A model generated the notes under the pieces. The model had not been told where the DNA came from. It saw nothing but the letters and a program-made list of their open reading frames with translations, and made no database searches. Positions 63,484-64,000 of a DNA stretch of 64,000 nucleotides are shown here, in pieces; position 1 is the stretch's first letter; each line of letters starts with the position of its first letter. Source of the DNA: Lama guanicoe (taxonomy: Eukaryota); the NCBI GenBank assembly GCA_013239625.1, contig MU054338.1:1800001-1864000 (forward strand). Direction: 5' to 3'. Made by a program: the position numbers and the translations under genes.

Positions 63484-63778
63484 GTGAATTTCTCCGCATG
63501 TGAAATGCACACCTGAGAGTTAAGACATCTAAGTGGCTGTGCTGAGTCTGCAGGGAGGCAGGCCTCAGGCCGACCTACTGGGAAAAGGTCCCGTAGCCTT
63601 GGATAGCTGACCTCAAGCCTCAGAGTCGGAAGCAGGGACAAAGGGCACAGCCTCCCAGTGTCAAAGGTCAGACAGGGACAGAGCCTGGCACTGCCTTGCA
63701 CAAGGTGACATCCCTGAAAATCTTTGTTAACGGTCACATTTCTCCGTGACCTCCCTCGCCCCAGGCCAGGCCCTGACC
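63484..63778 (+). repeat. Diverged paralogue of the distal ZNF555 promoter segment 20403-20700
   Basis: Collinear blocks AAATGCACACCTG, GCTGTGCTGAG, AAAGGTCCCG, GCTGACCTCAA, GTGTCAAAGGTCA, CCCCAGGC..CCCTGACC. Confidence 0.8.
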
Positions 63779-64000
63779 AAGCTGATAAAAGAAATCATCA
63801 CCAATTGAGGTTTGCAGAAGTCATTCTGGCTTAGACACGATTTAACTCGAAATTCATGCTAAGAGAGCCAGTTTGCAGGCTATCAAACATACATTGTACA
63901 TCTGCTTTGACTAGTAAAGTAAAGCGTGCATTTACCAGAGGTAAGGAATATTTGTGTTAAAAATGAAGACTAAATGCCTCCCTTCCCGGGACACCAATGC

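Overview
Mammalian genomic DNA, probably camelid (inferred from six tRNA-Ala-derived SINEs of the vic-1 type), resembling human 19p13.3. It holds the last four coding exons of THOP1 (+) and then a KRAB zinc-finger cluster. ZNF554 (+) is 512 aa with 7 fingers, ZNF555 (+) is 616 aa with 14 intact fingers and 1 broken one, and a ZNF77-like gene (+) is 499 aa with 9 intact fingers. A disrupted KRAB-ZNF gene on the minus strand keeps its promoter, ATG exon and KRAB exon and lies head-to-head with the ZNF77-like gene. L1, MaLR, ERV, MIR and hAT relics fill the gaps. All exon joins were phase-checked by hand. Gene names and comparisons with human proteins or repeat consensuses come from memory, not from a search, and repeat boundaries are approximate. 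I see no clearly new system. The best leads are: (1) a possible NMD-escaping KRAB-only protein from the decayed gene; (2) an orphan NRF1/ZNF143 CpG promoter with a clean minus-strand intron; (3) a triplicated promoter module of phased CCAAT boxes plus an orphan DR1-containing half-module; (4) signs of local gene conversion at several scales, in a KRAB exon, adjacent fingers and old L1 copies.
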